From an uncultured Eubacteriales bacterium (lineage in GTDB: Bacteria; Bacillota; Clostridia; Oscillospirales; CAG-272), in NCBI GenBank assembly GCA_900546315.1, contig URCP01000001.1:2852-66851 (forward strand): 64,000 bases of DNA. The letters are read 5' to 3'. The notes below the pieces were generated by a model. It saw only the letters and a list, made by a program, of their open reading frames with translations. It did not search any database and was not told the origin of the DNA. This document shows positions 1-7,740 of this stretch, piece after piece; position 1 is the stretch's first letter, and every line of letters starts with the position of its first letter. The position numbers and the translations under genes were made by a program.

Positions 1-2
1 TC

Positions 3-2198
3 TGCATCGCGACCGCGGCGTATTTCTTCTTCTACTACTGTCTCTGCACGTCTTCCGAGCGCAACCCGCTCGGCGAGAGAGCGCACTTCATAAAGACGCT
101 CGGACGCATGGCGGTCTTCTCCGCCCTCGCGGTCGGCATGGCGTCGATAATGATACTTCCTGCGTACTACTCGCTGACCTTCGGAAAGACCACCTTCTCG
201 AACCCGAATTTCAGCTTCGCGCAGAAGTTCGATTTCCTCGACCTTCTCTCGAAGATGTTCCCCGGCTCATATGACACAGTCAGACCCGAGGGCTGGCCGT
301 TCGTCTTCTCCGGAACGCTGACGACGATACTCCTGCCCGTGTTCTTCATGATACGGCAGATCACGCCGAGACAAAAGATCGCCTACGGCGCGCTGATGGG
401 CTTCTTCGTGTTCAGCTTCAACTCGACGACGATAGACCTCGTCTGGCACGGGTTCCAGAGACCGAACTGGCTCAACTACCGCTACAGCTTCATCTTCTGC
501 TTTGTCATCATAGTCATGGCATACCGGACATTCGAGTATATACGTGAGATCGACATAAAGCTCGTTCTCGGTGTCGGAGCTGTCCTCGGACTCCTCATCT
601 GCGTGATTCAGAAACTCGACTACGAGAACACGCCAGACCTCACCTCGGTCTGGTTCTCTATCGCGATCATCGCGGCGTACATGATACTCCTCGCCGGATG
701 CAACCACAACTGGCTAGACGGGTCGATTAAGACCATACTCTGCGTCTTCGTCGTCCTCGAGATGTTCTGCAACGGTCTCGCCGAGTGCGTCTCTCTCGAC
801 TCGGACGTACACTACAGCTCCCGCGCGTCATACGTCAATTTCATGAAGAAGTGGAGCCCGATCGCGGAGTGGATGAACGAGAACGACACCTCGTTCTACC
901 GCGCCGAGAAAACCGAGCACCGCAAGACCAACGACAATTTCGCGCTGAACATCCGCGGTCTGTCGAACTCGACCTCGACGCTGAACACCGCGCAGATCAA
1001 ATTCCTCGAGCAGATGGGCTACTCGTCGAAATCCCACTGGTCGAAATACCTCGGCGGCACGCCGGTCGCGGACAGCCTTCTCGGGATAAAATATATAATG
1101 ACCCTCGACACGAAGGAGATGAACGACGTCTACGGCGAGCCGATATACCACGATGAGAAAAACGAAACTGTCATCTACAAGAACGATTACGCGCAGTCGC
1201 TCGGCTACATGGTGAATTCCTCCGTCGCGGAATACGACATGGAAAAAGAGGAATCGCCATTCGACCGCATGAACGACCTTGTAACAAAGATGCTCGGAAG
1301 CGACGAGAAGATCGAGCTCTTCAAGGCATACAAGAACCTGAAGCCGACGACCGAGAACGTCGACCTCGCCTATGTCACAGGCCACAAGAAATACTCCAAG
1401 AACAACACCTCCCGCGCCGGAAAGATCATATTCACCTTCACTCCGGTGAACGACCGCGAGATATTCGTCTACTTCCCGAGCGACTACCGCCGCGACGCGA
1501 AGCTCAAGGTGAACGGCGCCGACGTCTCCGAGTACTTCACGAACGAGACCTGCCGCATAGTCTCGCTCGGAAAGCGTCCCGCCGGCGAGGAGCTGATCGT
1601 GTCGCTCTCGCTCGAGAAGGACGACCTATATATCGCGAACGGAACCGACTATTTCTGGTACCTCGACGACGAGCTCTTCGAGGAGATCATGCCTGAGCTT
1701 CAGAAACAGGGATTCGATATCACCTCCTTCACAGATTCGACCTTTGACGGTAAGATAACCGCGACCGAGGAGCGCTCGACATTCCTTCTGACGATACCGT
1801 ATGACAAGGGCTGGCATATCTATATCGACGGCGTTGAGACCGAATCCTATGAGACGCTCGGCGCTCTCACCGCTGTCGACCTCGAGCCGGGTGAGCACAC
1901 GGTCCGGATGGTATACTGGCCGTGGTGCGTGAAATACGGACTTATAATCTCGCTCTCATCCCTCGCGGTGTTCCTCATCGTTCTGGCGGCGGACTTCGTG
2001 ATCCGCAGAAGGAGACCGGTGATAGAGTTCCGCGCCGGGGCGAGAGTTCCGGACGACATCTACTTCGACATGGACGACGCCCTGCCGGATCCGGACGACA
2101 TTCCCGAGAACCCTGACGATGACACAGACGGCGCGGCGGAAACGCCAACGCCCGAATGCAAGGATCAGACCCCGTCGGAGCATAAATCGGAAAACTGA
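3..2198 (+). CDS. YfhO-family polytopic membrane protein, 5' end outside window
   Basis: The frame is open from the window edge to the stop at 2196-2198. It has many hydrophobic segments in the first ~230 aa, a large soluble domain, one C-terminal TM segment (LIISLSSLAVFLIVLAADFVI) and an acidic D/E/P tail. The layout is recognised as YfhO-like. Confidence 0.6.
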   Translation, partial: CIATAAYFFFYYCLCTSSERNPLGERAHFIKTLGRMAVFSALAVGMASIMILPAYYSLTFGKTTFSNPNFSFAQKFDFLDLLSKMFPGSYDTVRPEGWPFVFSGTLTTILLPVFFMIRQITPRQKIAYGALMGFFVFSFNSTTIDLVWHGFQRPNWLNYRYSFIFCFVIIVMAYRTFEYIREIDIKLVLGVGAVLGLLICVIQKLDYENTPDLTSVWFSIAIIAAYMILLAGCNHNWLDGSIKTILCVFVVLEMFCNGLAECVSLDSDVHYSSRASYVNFMKKWSPIAEWMNENDTSFYRAEKTEHRKTNDNFALNIRGLSNSTSTLNTAQIKFLEQMGYSSKSHWSKYLGGTPVADSLLGIKYIMTLDTKEMNDVYGEPIYHDEKNETVIYKNDYAQSLGYMVNSSVAEYDMEKEESPFDRMNDLVTKMLGSDEKIELFKAYKNLKPTTENVDLAYVTGHKKYSKNNTSRAGKIIFTFTPVNDREIFVYFPSDYRRDAKLKVNGADVSEYFTNETCRIVSLGKRPAGEELIVSLSLEKDDLYIANGTDYFWYLDDELFEEIMPELQKQGFDITSFTDSTFDGKITATEERSTFLLTIPYDKGWHIYIDGVETESYETLGALTAVDLEPGEHTVRMVYWPWCVKYGLIISLSSLAVFLIVLAADFVIRRRRPVIEFRAGARVPDDIYFDMDDALPDPDDIPENPDDDTDGAAETPTPECKDQTPSEHKSEN

Positions 2199-2206
2199 AT
2201 ATGGCG

Positions 2207-2238
2207 GCGGACGCTTCAGACAGGAGCGTCCGCTTTTC
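2207..2238 (+). terminator. Rho-independent terminator after the YfhO-like gene
   Basis: GCGGACGCT (2207-2215) pairs with AGCGTCCGC (2225-2233), followed by TTTT. Confidence 0.8.
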
Positions 2239-2360
2239 TGTACGCGAACGCGAAATTACACACTGAGTTCATTGTTTCTTCGCTGAATATATAAAACTCA
2301 CGCGCTCACGACACCAAACGCCGGTGCGTGTCCACAAATCGGCAAAATCCACAATCAGGC

Positions 2361-2377
2361 GGTTAGTCTTGACTAAC
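2361..2377. promoter_or_regulatory. Operator-like palindrome S0 (GGTTAGT-CTT-GACTAAC), upstream of the feo promoter
   Basis: Perfect 7+7 inverted repeat with core TTAGT-CTTG-ACTAA. It belongs to the same family as the sites at 2460, 2476, 2510, 3100 and 7781. Confidence 0.5.
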
Positions 2378-2421
2378 TTGCTGTGATGTCCTACAAACCT
2401 TGATTTTTTGCCGGAAAACCC

Positions 2422-2450
2422 TTGACAAACCGGCTCGGTTGGAATATAAT
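2422..2450 (+). promoter_or_regulatory. Consensus sigma-70-type promoter of the feoA-feoA-feoB operon
   Basis: TTGACA (2422-2427), exact 17-nt spacer, TATAAT (2445-2450). Confidence 0.8.
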
Positions 2451-2457
2451 ATTATAC

Positions 2458-2525
2458 GGTTAGCGGGTGCTAATTTTAGCGGAAGCTAATCTATTTTGAA
2501 GCCATATGGTTAGCGCGAGCTAATC
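2458..2525. promoter_or_regulatory. Three tandem TTAGC-N4-GCTAA operator-like palindromes between the -10 box and the feoA RBS
   Basis: TTAGCGGGTGCTAA (2460-2473), TTAGCGGAAGCTAA (2476-2489) and TTAGCGCGAGCTAA (2510-2523). Confidence 0.6.
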
Positions 2526-2555
2526 AAGGGCTCCTGAGAAAGGAAGAAAAAAGAA

Positions 2556-2768
2556 ATGATGCCGCTTATCCTCGGAACCCCTGAGGAAACCTACATAATC
2601 AAGAAGATCGGCGGTTCGCCCGAGACGAAGAAGCATCTTGAAAACCTCGGCTTCGTCGTCGGCGGAAACGTCAGCGTCGTATGCGAGATCGGCGGGAACC
2701 TCATCGTGAACGTGAAGGAAGCCCGTGTCGCCGTCAGCAAAGAGATGGCGCAGAAAATAATGATATAA
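2556..2768 (+). CDS. feoA: FeoA-domain protein (ferrous iron transport protein A)
   Basis: 70-aa SH3-like FeoA pattern (YIIKKIGGSPETKKHLENLGFVVGGNVSVV). AAAGGA RBS upstream. Lies directly upstream of feoB. Confidence 0.85.
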   Translation: MMPLILGTPEETYIIKKIGGSPETKKHLENLGFVVGGNVSVVCEIGGNLIVNVKEARVAVSKEMAQKIMI

Positions 2769-2800
2769 TTTATTTCTATAATAAGGAGGCAGAACGCAAA

Positions 2801-3022
2801 ATGAAAACTCTCAAGCAGGCAAAGATAGGCGAGACCGTAAAGGTCGTGAAGCTCCACGGCGAGGGCGCTATCAAGCGCAGAATAATGGACATGGGCATCA
2901 CACGCGGAACTGAAATATACATCCGCAAGGTCGCGCCGCTCGGAGACCCGATTGAAGTCACCGTCCGCGGCTACGAGCTCTCGCTCCGCAAGGCGGACGC
3001 AGACATGATCGAGATAGAATAA
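2801..3022 (+). CDS. feoA: FeoA-domain protein, second copy
   Basis: ATG at 2801 preceded by AAGGAGG (2783-2789). Sequence VKVVKLHGEGAIKRRIMDMGITRGTEIYIRKVAPLGDPIEV is typical FeoA. The ORF-track start at 2681 has no RBS. Confidence 0.85.
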   Translation: MKTLKQAKIGETVKVVKLHGEGAIKRRIMDMGITRGTEIYIRKVAPLGDPIEVTVRGYELSLRKADADMIEIE

Positions 3023-3282
3023 CAATATTCCAAGTCAGAAAGCGGGATCGGCAGGCAGAGCCCTGAGCCGCCCGTTCACAATGAGCTTAAGCCATCCGGT
3101 TAGCAAGAACTAACGGAATGGCAGACGAAAGGTCGAAAACAAGTTTTCGACCAAGTCTTTTGTGACTTTATCGCGGTCACAGACCGCGATTTGGCTCCGC
3201 CAACCAAGTCACAAAAGGGAAGCTAAGGAAGCTTTCGCCGCGGCGAAAGCCACTGTCAATTTACATGAAAGAAGGATTTGAA
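3023..3282 (+). promoter_or_regulatory. Highly structured feoA2-feoB intercistronic leader (candidate cis-regulatory RNA)
   Basis: Hairpins at about 3044-3077, 3091-3122 (contains the TTAGC palindrome), 3131-3152 (10 bp) and 3231-3250 (8 bp). A 12-bp helix (3157-3168 with 3206-3217) encloses hairpins 3170-3190 and 3191-3203. No ORF of 60 aa or more. Confidence 0.4.
3098..3115. promoter_or_regulatory. Operator-like palindrome S4 (GGTTAGC-AAGA-ACTAACG) between feoA2 and feoB
   Basis: TTAGCAAGAACTAA at 3100-3113, flanked by the extended complementarity GCCATCC...GGAATGGC. Confidence 0.5.
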
Positions 3283-5781
3283 ATGGATATCCGCATAGCC
3301 CTCGCGGGCAACCCGAACTGTGGCAAAACCACACTGTTCAACGCGCTTACCGGTTCGAATCAGTTCGTCGGTAACTGGCCCGGCGTAACGGTCGAAAAAA
3401 AGGAAGGTAAGCTGAAAAAGCACGAGGGAGTCATCATCACCGACCTCCCCGGCATCTATTCGCTCTCCCCGTACACACTTGAGGAGGTCGTCGCGAGAAA
3501 TTACCTCATCGGCGAGCGTCCCGACGCTATACTCAATATCATCGACGGTACGAACCTCGAGAGAAACCTCTACCTCACGACTCAGCTCGTTGAGCTCGGC
3601 ATTCCGGTCGTCATCGCGATAAACATGATGGATATCGTCCGCAAGAGAGGCGATAAAATCAACATTCAGGAGCTCTCCCGCGAGCTCGGCTGCAAGATCG
3701 TCGAGATCTCCGCTCTTAAGGAAGAGGGCATCATGGAGGCAGCAGACGCCGCTATAGACGCCGCGAAGAACACGAAGACCATCCCGCAGCACAGCTTCTC
3801 CGGACCGGTCGAGCACACGATCGCGCACATCGAGGAGGCTGCCCTCCACAATCTACCCGAAGAGCGTCAACGCTGGTACGCGATAAAGATCTTCGAGCGC
3901 GACGACAAGGCCATATCTCAGCTGAAGCTCGACAAGTCGGTTCTCGACCACATCGAGAACGACATAAAGGCGGTCGAGGAAGAGCTCGACGACGACTCCG
4001 AGTCGATCATCACCAACGAGAGATACATATATATCGCCTCGATAATCAAGGCGTGCTACAAGAAGAAGGACGCCGGGAAGCTCTCGACCTCCGATAAGAT
4101 CGACCGTGTCGTCACCAACCGCTGGCTCGGTCTCCCGATCTTCATCGTCGTCATGTTCCTCGTTTACTACATCTCGATGATGACTGTCGGTTCCGCGGCT
4201 ACAGACTGGGCGAACGACGGACTGTTCGGAGACGGCTGGCACCTGTTCGGCATCGGCTCCGGCGCTTATGAGGACGCCGACGGCGAATACGGCGACGCTC
4301 TCAACGCGATCAACGCTTTCGTTGAGGTTGACCCCGAGGCTGACGATTTCGACGCGGCTGCCGCTCTTGACGAGATCAAAGCTTATGTCCCCGAGTCGGA
4401 CAACGCCACCGGCACTGTCACTGTTGAGGATGAAGAGACCCTCGCACAGACCGACATGACCGTCTACTATTCGACCGTTCCCGCTGACGCCAGCGAGGAT
4501 GACACGATAATGACCTCCTACACCGACGCCGTCAGCTACTTTGAGACGAACGGCTTCGACGCTCCCGACCCGGCAAACTTCGGTGTCTGGGTACCCGGTA
4601 TACCGGTACTCATAGGAAACGGTCTTGAGGCGGCAAATGCTCCCGAATGGCTCTCCGGACTTATCCTTGACGGTATCGTCGCCGGTGTCGGCGCGGTCCT
4701 CGGATTCGTTCCTCAGATGCTCGTCCTGTTCTTCCTGCTCGCGGCTCTTGAAGCCTGCGGCTACATGGCTCGTATAGCTTTCGTCCTTGACCGTATCTTC
4801 AGAAAGTTCGGTCTCTCCGGTAAATCCTTCATTCCTATGCTCATCGGCACCGGCTGCGGCGTTCCCGGCATCATGGCTTCCCGTACCATCGAGAACGAGC
4901 GCGACCGCCGTATGACCATTATGACCACCACCTTCATCCCCTGCGGCGCTAAGGTCCCGTTCATCTCGATGATCGCGGGCGCTATCTTCGGCAACTCCGC
5001 GTGGGTCGCGACCAGCGCTTACTTCATCGGTATGGCGGCTATCATAGTCTCCGGTATCATCCTCAAGAAGACCAAGATGTTCTCCGGCGATCCGGCTCCG
5101 TTCGTTATGGAGCTCCCGCCGTACCACGTCCCGACTCTCCTGAACGTTCTCCGTTCGATGTGGGAGCGCGGCTGGTCCTTCATCAAGAAGGCGGGCACGA
5201 TCATCCTTCTGTCCACCATCCTCGTCTGGTTCACCACTTACTTCGGCTTCACGTCTGACGGCTTCCGTATGCTGTCCGACGACGAGATCGATATGTCCAT
5301 CCTCGCTGCTATCGGCGGCGCCATCGCATGGATCTTCAAGCCTCTCGGCTGGGGCAACTGGCAGGCAGCTGTCGCTTCGATCACCGGTCTTGTCGCGAAG
5401 GAGAACATTGTCGGCACGCTCGGCATCCTCTACGGCGGCGGAGACGGCACGGTATACCAGAATATCGCCGCAGCCTTCACCGGCGTCACCGCTTACTCGT
5501 TCCTCGTATTCAACCTGCTGTGCGCTCCGTGCTTCGCGGCCATCGGCGCCATCAAGCGTGAGATGAACAGCGCGAAGTGGACATGGTTCGCTATCGGCTA
5601 TCAGTGCGGCTTCGCTTATGTGATCGCCCTCATGATCAACCAGTTCGGCGGACTCTTCACCGGGAACGTCAACGTGATCGGACTCATCGTCGCGATCGCG
5701 CTGCTCGCGGGCATGATCTATATGCTCTTCAGACCGTACAAGGAAGCAACCAGACTTACCACCACAGTAAAAGTAAACTGA
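3283..5781 (+). CDS. feoB: Ferrous iron transporter FeoB (G-domain plus permease) with a long acidic loop insertion
   Basis: G1 motif GNPNCGKTT sits right after ATG 3283. GAAGGA RBS lies 6 nt upstream; the alternative ATG at 3265 has no RBS. The GTPase domain is followed by a polytopic membrane domain. Confidence 0.93.
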   Translation: MDIRIALAGNPNCGKTTLFNALTGSNQFVGNWPGVTVEKKEGKLKKHEGVIITDLPGIYSLSPYTLEEVVARNYLIGERPDAILNIIDGTNLERNLYLTTQLVELGIPVVIAINMMDIVRKRGDKINIQELSRELGCKIVEISALKEEGIMEAADAAIDAAKNTKTIPQHSFSGPVEHTIAHIEEAALHNLPEERQRWYAIKIFERDDKAISQLKLDKSVLDHIENDIKAVEEELDDDSESIITNERYIYIASIIKACYKKKDAGKLSTSDKIDRVVTNRWLGLPIFIVVMFLVYYISMMTVGSAATDWANDGLFGDGWHLFGIGSGAYEDADGEYGDALNAINAFVEVDPEADDFDAAAALDEIKAYVPESDNATGTVTVEDEETLAQTDMTVYYSTVPADASEDDTIMTSYTDAVSYFETNGFDAPDPANFGVWVPGIPVLIGNGLEAANAPEWLSGLILDGIVAGVGAVLGFVPQMLVLFFLLAALEACGYMARIAFVLDRIFRKFGLSGKSFIPMLIGTGCGVPGIMASRTIENERDRRMTIMTTTFIPCGAKVPFISMIAGAIFGNSAWVATSAYFIGMAAIIVSGIILKKTKMFSGDPAPFVMELPPYHVPTLLNVLRSMWERGWSFIKKAGTIILLSTILVWFTTYFGFTSDGFRMLSDDEIDMSILAAIGGAIAWIFKPLGWGNWQAAVASITGLVAKENIVGTLGILYGGGDGTVYQNIAAAFTGVTAYSFLVFNLLCAPCFAAIGAIKREMNSAKWTWFAIGYQCGFAYVIALMINQFGGLFTGNVNVIGLIVAIALLAGMIYMLFRPYKEATRLTTTVKVN

Positions 5782-5811
5782 TTGCCGGCGGTACATCACG
5801 GAATACACAAC

Positions 5812-5845
5812 GGGAGGCGTCAGAACCGGCGTCTCCCGGTTTTTA
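5812..5845 (+). terminator. Probable intrinsic terminator or attenuator after feoB
   Basis: GGGAGGCGTC (5812-5821) pairs with GGCGTCTCCC (5828-5837), including two G-U pairs, followed by GGTTTTTAT. Confidence 0.6.
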
Positions 5846-5868
5846 TCTTCCGAAAGGAGTGTGAAACC

Positions 5869-6273
5869 TTGACCGGACAGAAAAGCACAGACGGCGACAT
5901 ACACCTGACCTCTTCAAACATCAAATACCTGATCACCCTCCTGCGTCTCGGCGGCGACTCCGGAAGCGTCCGCGGGACCGACATCGCCGCGAGTCTCGGG
6001 ATAACGAAGCCCAGCGCGCATACGATGCTCGTCAGTCTCGCGAAAATGGAGCTCGTCAGGAAGGACCACTACGGCGGGGCGACCTTCACTCCGAACGGAC
6101 TGACTCTCGCCGAGAAATATCTTTCCTGTTATGAGGCGCTTGACGCCGAGATCGGCGGGCTGTTCCCGGACGAGGGACAGGCTCTGTCGCCGATCTGCGC
6201 GCTGCTCGCCGAGATGCCTGAGGAAAGCCTCGACTCGATAATCCCGGACACTGCCGGAAAGGCAGGGCAGTGA
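5869..6273 (+). CDS. Small DtxR/MntR-family-like winged-helix regulator (N-terminal DNA-binding domain only)
   Basis: TTG at 5869 with AAGGAG (5854-5859) 9 nt upstream. Sequence IKYLITLLRLGGDSGSVRGTDIAASLGITKPSAHTMLVSLAKMELVRKD resembles the DtxR-type HTH. At ~134 aa it is too short for the full metal-binding and SH3 domains. Confidence 0.6.
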   Translation: MTGQKSTDGDIHLTSSNIKYLITLLRLGGDSGSVRGTDIAASLGITKPSAHTMLVSLAKMELVRKDHYGGATFTPNGLTLAEKYLSCYEALDAEIGGLFPDEGQALSPICALLAEMPEESLDSIIPDTAGKAGQ

Positions 6274-6275
6274 TC

Positions 6276-6395
6276 ATGCGCACCGCGTCAGATATCATAT
6301 TCTCGGCGCTGATCACGGCGGCGATAATCACCGCGTTAAGTTTTATCAGGAAAGCAGCTCGCGGGCTGCTTGAAAAAATAGTCAAGAAAAACTGA
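6276..6395 (+). CDS. Hypothetical 39-aa single-TM peptide (MRTASDIIFSALITAAIITALSFIRKAARGLLEKIVKKN)
   Basis: The ATG lies 2 nt after the upstream stop (possible translational coupling). It has a hydrophobic helix and a basic tail, and sits where small FeoB-associated membrane peptides are often found. It has no Cys-rich tail and is below the ORF-track size cut-off. Confidence 0.3.
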   Translation: MRTASDIIFSALITAAIITALSFIRKAARGLLEKIVKKN

Positions 6396-6427
6396 TACCG
6401 CAAAACACCAGAAAGAAGGATATTAAA

Positions 6428-6694
6428 ATGCTCCGTATAACCTGCAAGATAGACGGCATGATGTGCGGAATGTGCGAATCCCACATCAATGACGCAATAA
6501 GAAAGAATTTCGACATAAAGAAAGTCTCCTCCTCCCACACAAAGGGCGAGACAATCATCTCGAGCGAAAAGGACATAGACGACGCGAAGCTGAAGAGTGT
6601 CATTGACGAGACCGGATACGAGCTGAAGAGCGTTGAGCGCTCCGACATTGAGCAAAAAGGCGGTTTCTTCGGGCTCTTCGGAAAGAAGAAATGA
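6428..6694 (+). CDS. Heavy-metal-associated (HMA) domain protein / metallochaperone-like
   Basis: GMxCxxC-type motif DGMMCGMCESH near the N-terminus. GAAGGA RBS. Confidence 0.8.
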   Translation: MLRITCKIDGMMCGMCESHINDAIRKNFDIKKVSSSHTKGETIISSEKDIDDAKLKSVIDETGYELKSVERSDIEQKGGFFGLFGKKK

Positions 6695-7665
6695 ATCACC
6701 GCCACACGTTGATACCTCCGTGCGCCACCGGGGACGTATGTCCCGGGTCGGAAAACGACGCGGAATGCGTAATCAGCCGTATAGAGGACGCCGACGGCGG
6801 AATCGTGACCCTGCGCGCGTTCCGCGTGTTTCCGGGGATCACCCTGATCTACCGTGACGTCGACACGCGCGGGCACATCGTTCCGCCGGAGCGGAGCGGG
6901 ACCGTGTTTACAATTGAGCACTGTCTTGAGGGGCAGATCGGGTTCGAGACCGGGAGCGGCGTATGCTGTCTCTCACCGGGCGACCTCTCGATCCTCAGCG
7001 CCTCGGACATACGCGGCGTATACTTTCCCGGTGAAAGCTGCCACGGGATATCTATCGAGATCGATACCGCGGAAACTCCACGGTGCCTCTCCTGCTTTCT
7101 CGAGGACGTGAAGGTCGACCCGGCGGGTCTGATGCGCGGTTTCACCGAGAACGGCGGGAGCTACACGGCGCGCTCGGACGCCGCGATCGCGCATATATTC
7201 TCCGAGCTTTACAGCGTGCCCGAAAGCATCCGGCGCGGGTATTTCAAGGTCAAGATACTCGAGCTCTTGCTCTTTCTCTCGACAGTGCCGTCCCTCTCCG
7301 ACAGTATACACCCGAGAGCCGCGACGCGGTCACAGGCAGCGATGGCGGACAGCATGAGCGCGTATATCTCGGAGCACCTCGATGAGCGCGTGACGATAGA
7401 TATGCTGTCGCGTGAGTTCCATGTCTCCCCGACGCAGATAAAAACAGGGTTCAGAGCCGTCTACGGCGTCTCCTTCGGCAGGTTCGCCAGAGACATGAAG
7501 ATGCGCGCGGCGGCGGGACTGCTGCGCTCGACCGAACACACCGTGCTCGAGATCGCCGGAATGGTCGGGTACGACAACGCGTCGAAATTCGCGAAGGCGT
7601 TCCGCGACTCGACCGGGATGTCTCCGAACGAGTACCGCTCGGCGGATATTCCGACCGGCGCGTAA
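6691..7665 (+). CDS. AraC-family transcriptional regulator (N-terminal cupin-like sensor plus C-terminal double HTH)
   Basis: C-terminal sequence MLSREFHVSPTQIKTGFRAVYGVSFGRFARDMKMRAAAGLL...GYDNASKFAKAFRDSTGMSPNEYR. The start overlaps the HMA stop (ATGA). Confidence 0.85.
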   Translation: MNHRHTLIPPCATGDVCPGSENDAECVISRIEDADGGIVTLRAFRVFPGITLIYRDVDTRGHIVPPERSGTVFTIEHCLEGQIGFETGSGVCCLSPGDLSILSASDIRGVYFPGESCHGISIEIDTAETPRCLSCFLEDVKVDPAGLMRGFTENGGSYTARSDAAIAHIFSELYSVPESIRRGYFKVKILELLLFLSTVPSLSDSIHPRAATRSQAAMADSMSAYISEHLDERVTIDMLSREFHVSPTQIKTGFRAVYGVSFGRFARDMKMRAAAGLLRSTEHTVLEIAGMVGYDNASKFAKAFRDSTGMSPNEYRSADIPTGA

Positions 7666-7666
7666 C

Positions 7667-7724
7667 CCGTCCGTATGGAGCGGATTTCCGTCCGTATGGA
7701 GTTGAACCCAACCGTCCGATATGC
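7667..7724 (+). promoter_or_regulatory. Three direct repeats CCGTCCG(T/AT)ATGG abutting or overlapping the -35 box of the DUF2325 operon promoter
   Basis: CCGTCCGTATGGAG at 7667-7680 and 7688-7701 (21-bp period), and CCGTCCGATATGC at 7712-7724. Confidence 0.5.
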
Positions 7725-7730
7725 TATAAT
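7702..7730 (+). promoter_or_regulatory. Promoter of the DUF2325-DUF3793-flavodoxin operon
   Basis: TTGAAC (7702-7707), 17-nt spacer, TATAAT (7725-7730). Confidence 0.7.
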
Positions 7731-7740
7731 ATCAATACAA

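Noticed and set aside
3023-3282. Assignment of the feoB leader to a known metal riboswitch class (yybP-ykoY Mn2+, NiCo/czcD, M-box)
   Set aside because: I could not find the conserved cores of these classes as I remember them. Without a covariance-model search, the region stays unclassified.
3853-5904. 683-aa ORF antisense to feoB
   Set aside because: It lies entirely opposite a gene with strong FeoB motifs. Its composition is R/D/G/V/H-rich low-complexity sequence, typical of stop-free antisense frames in GC-rich coding DNA. It has no RBS and no recognisable domain.
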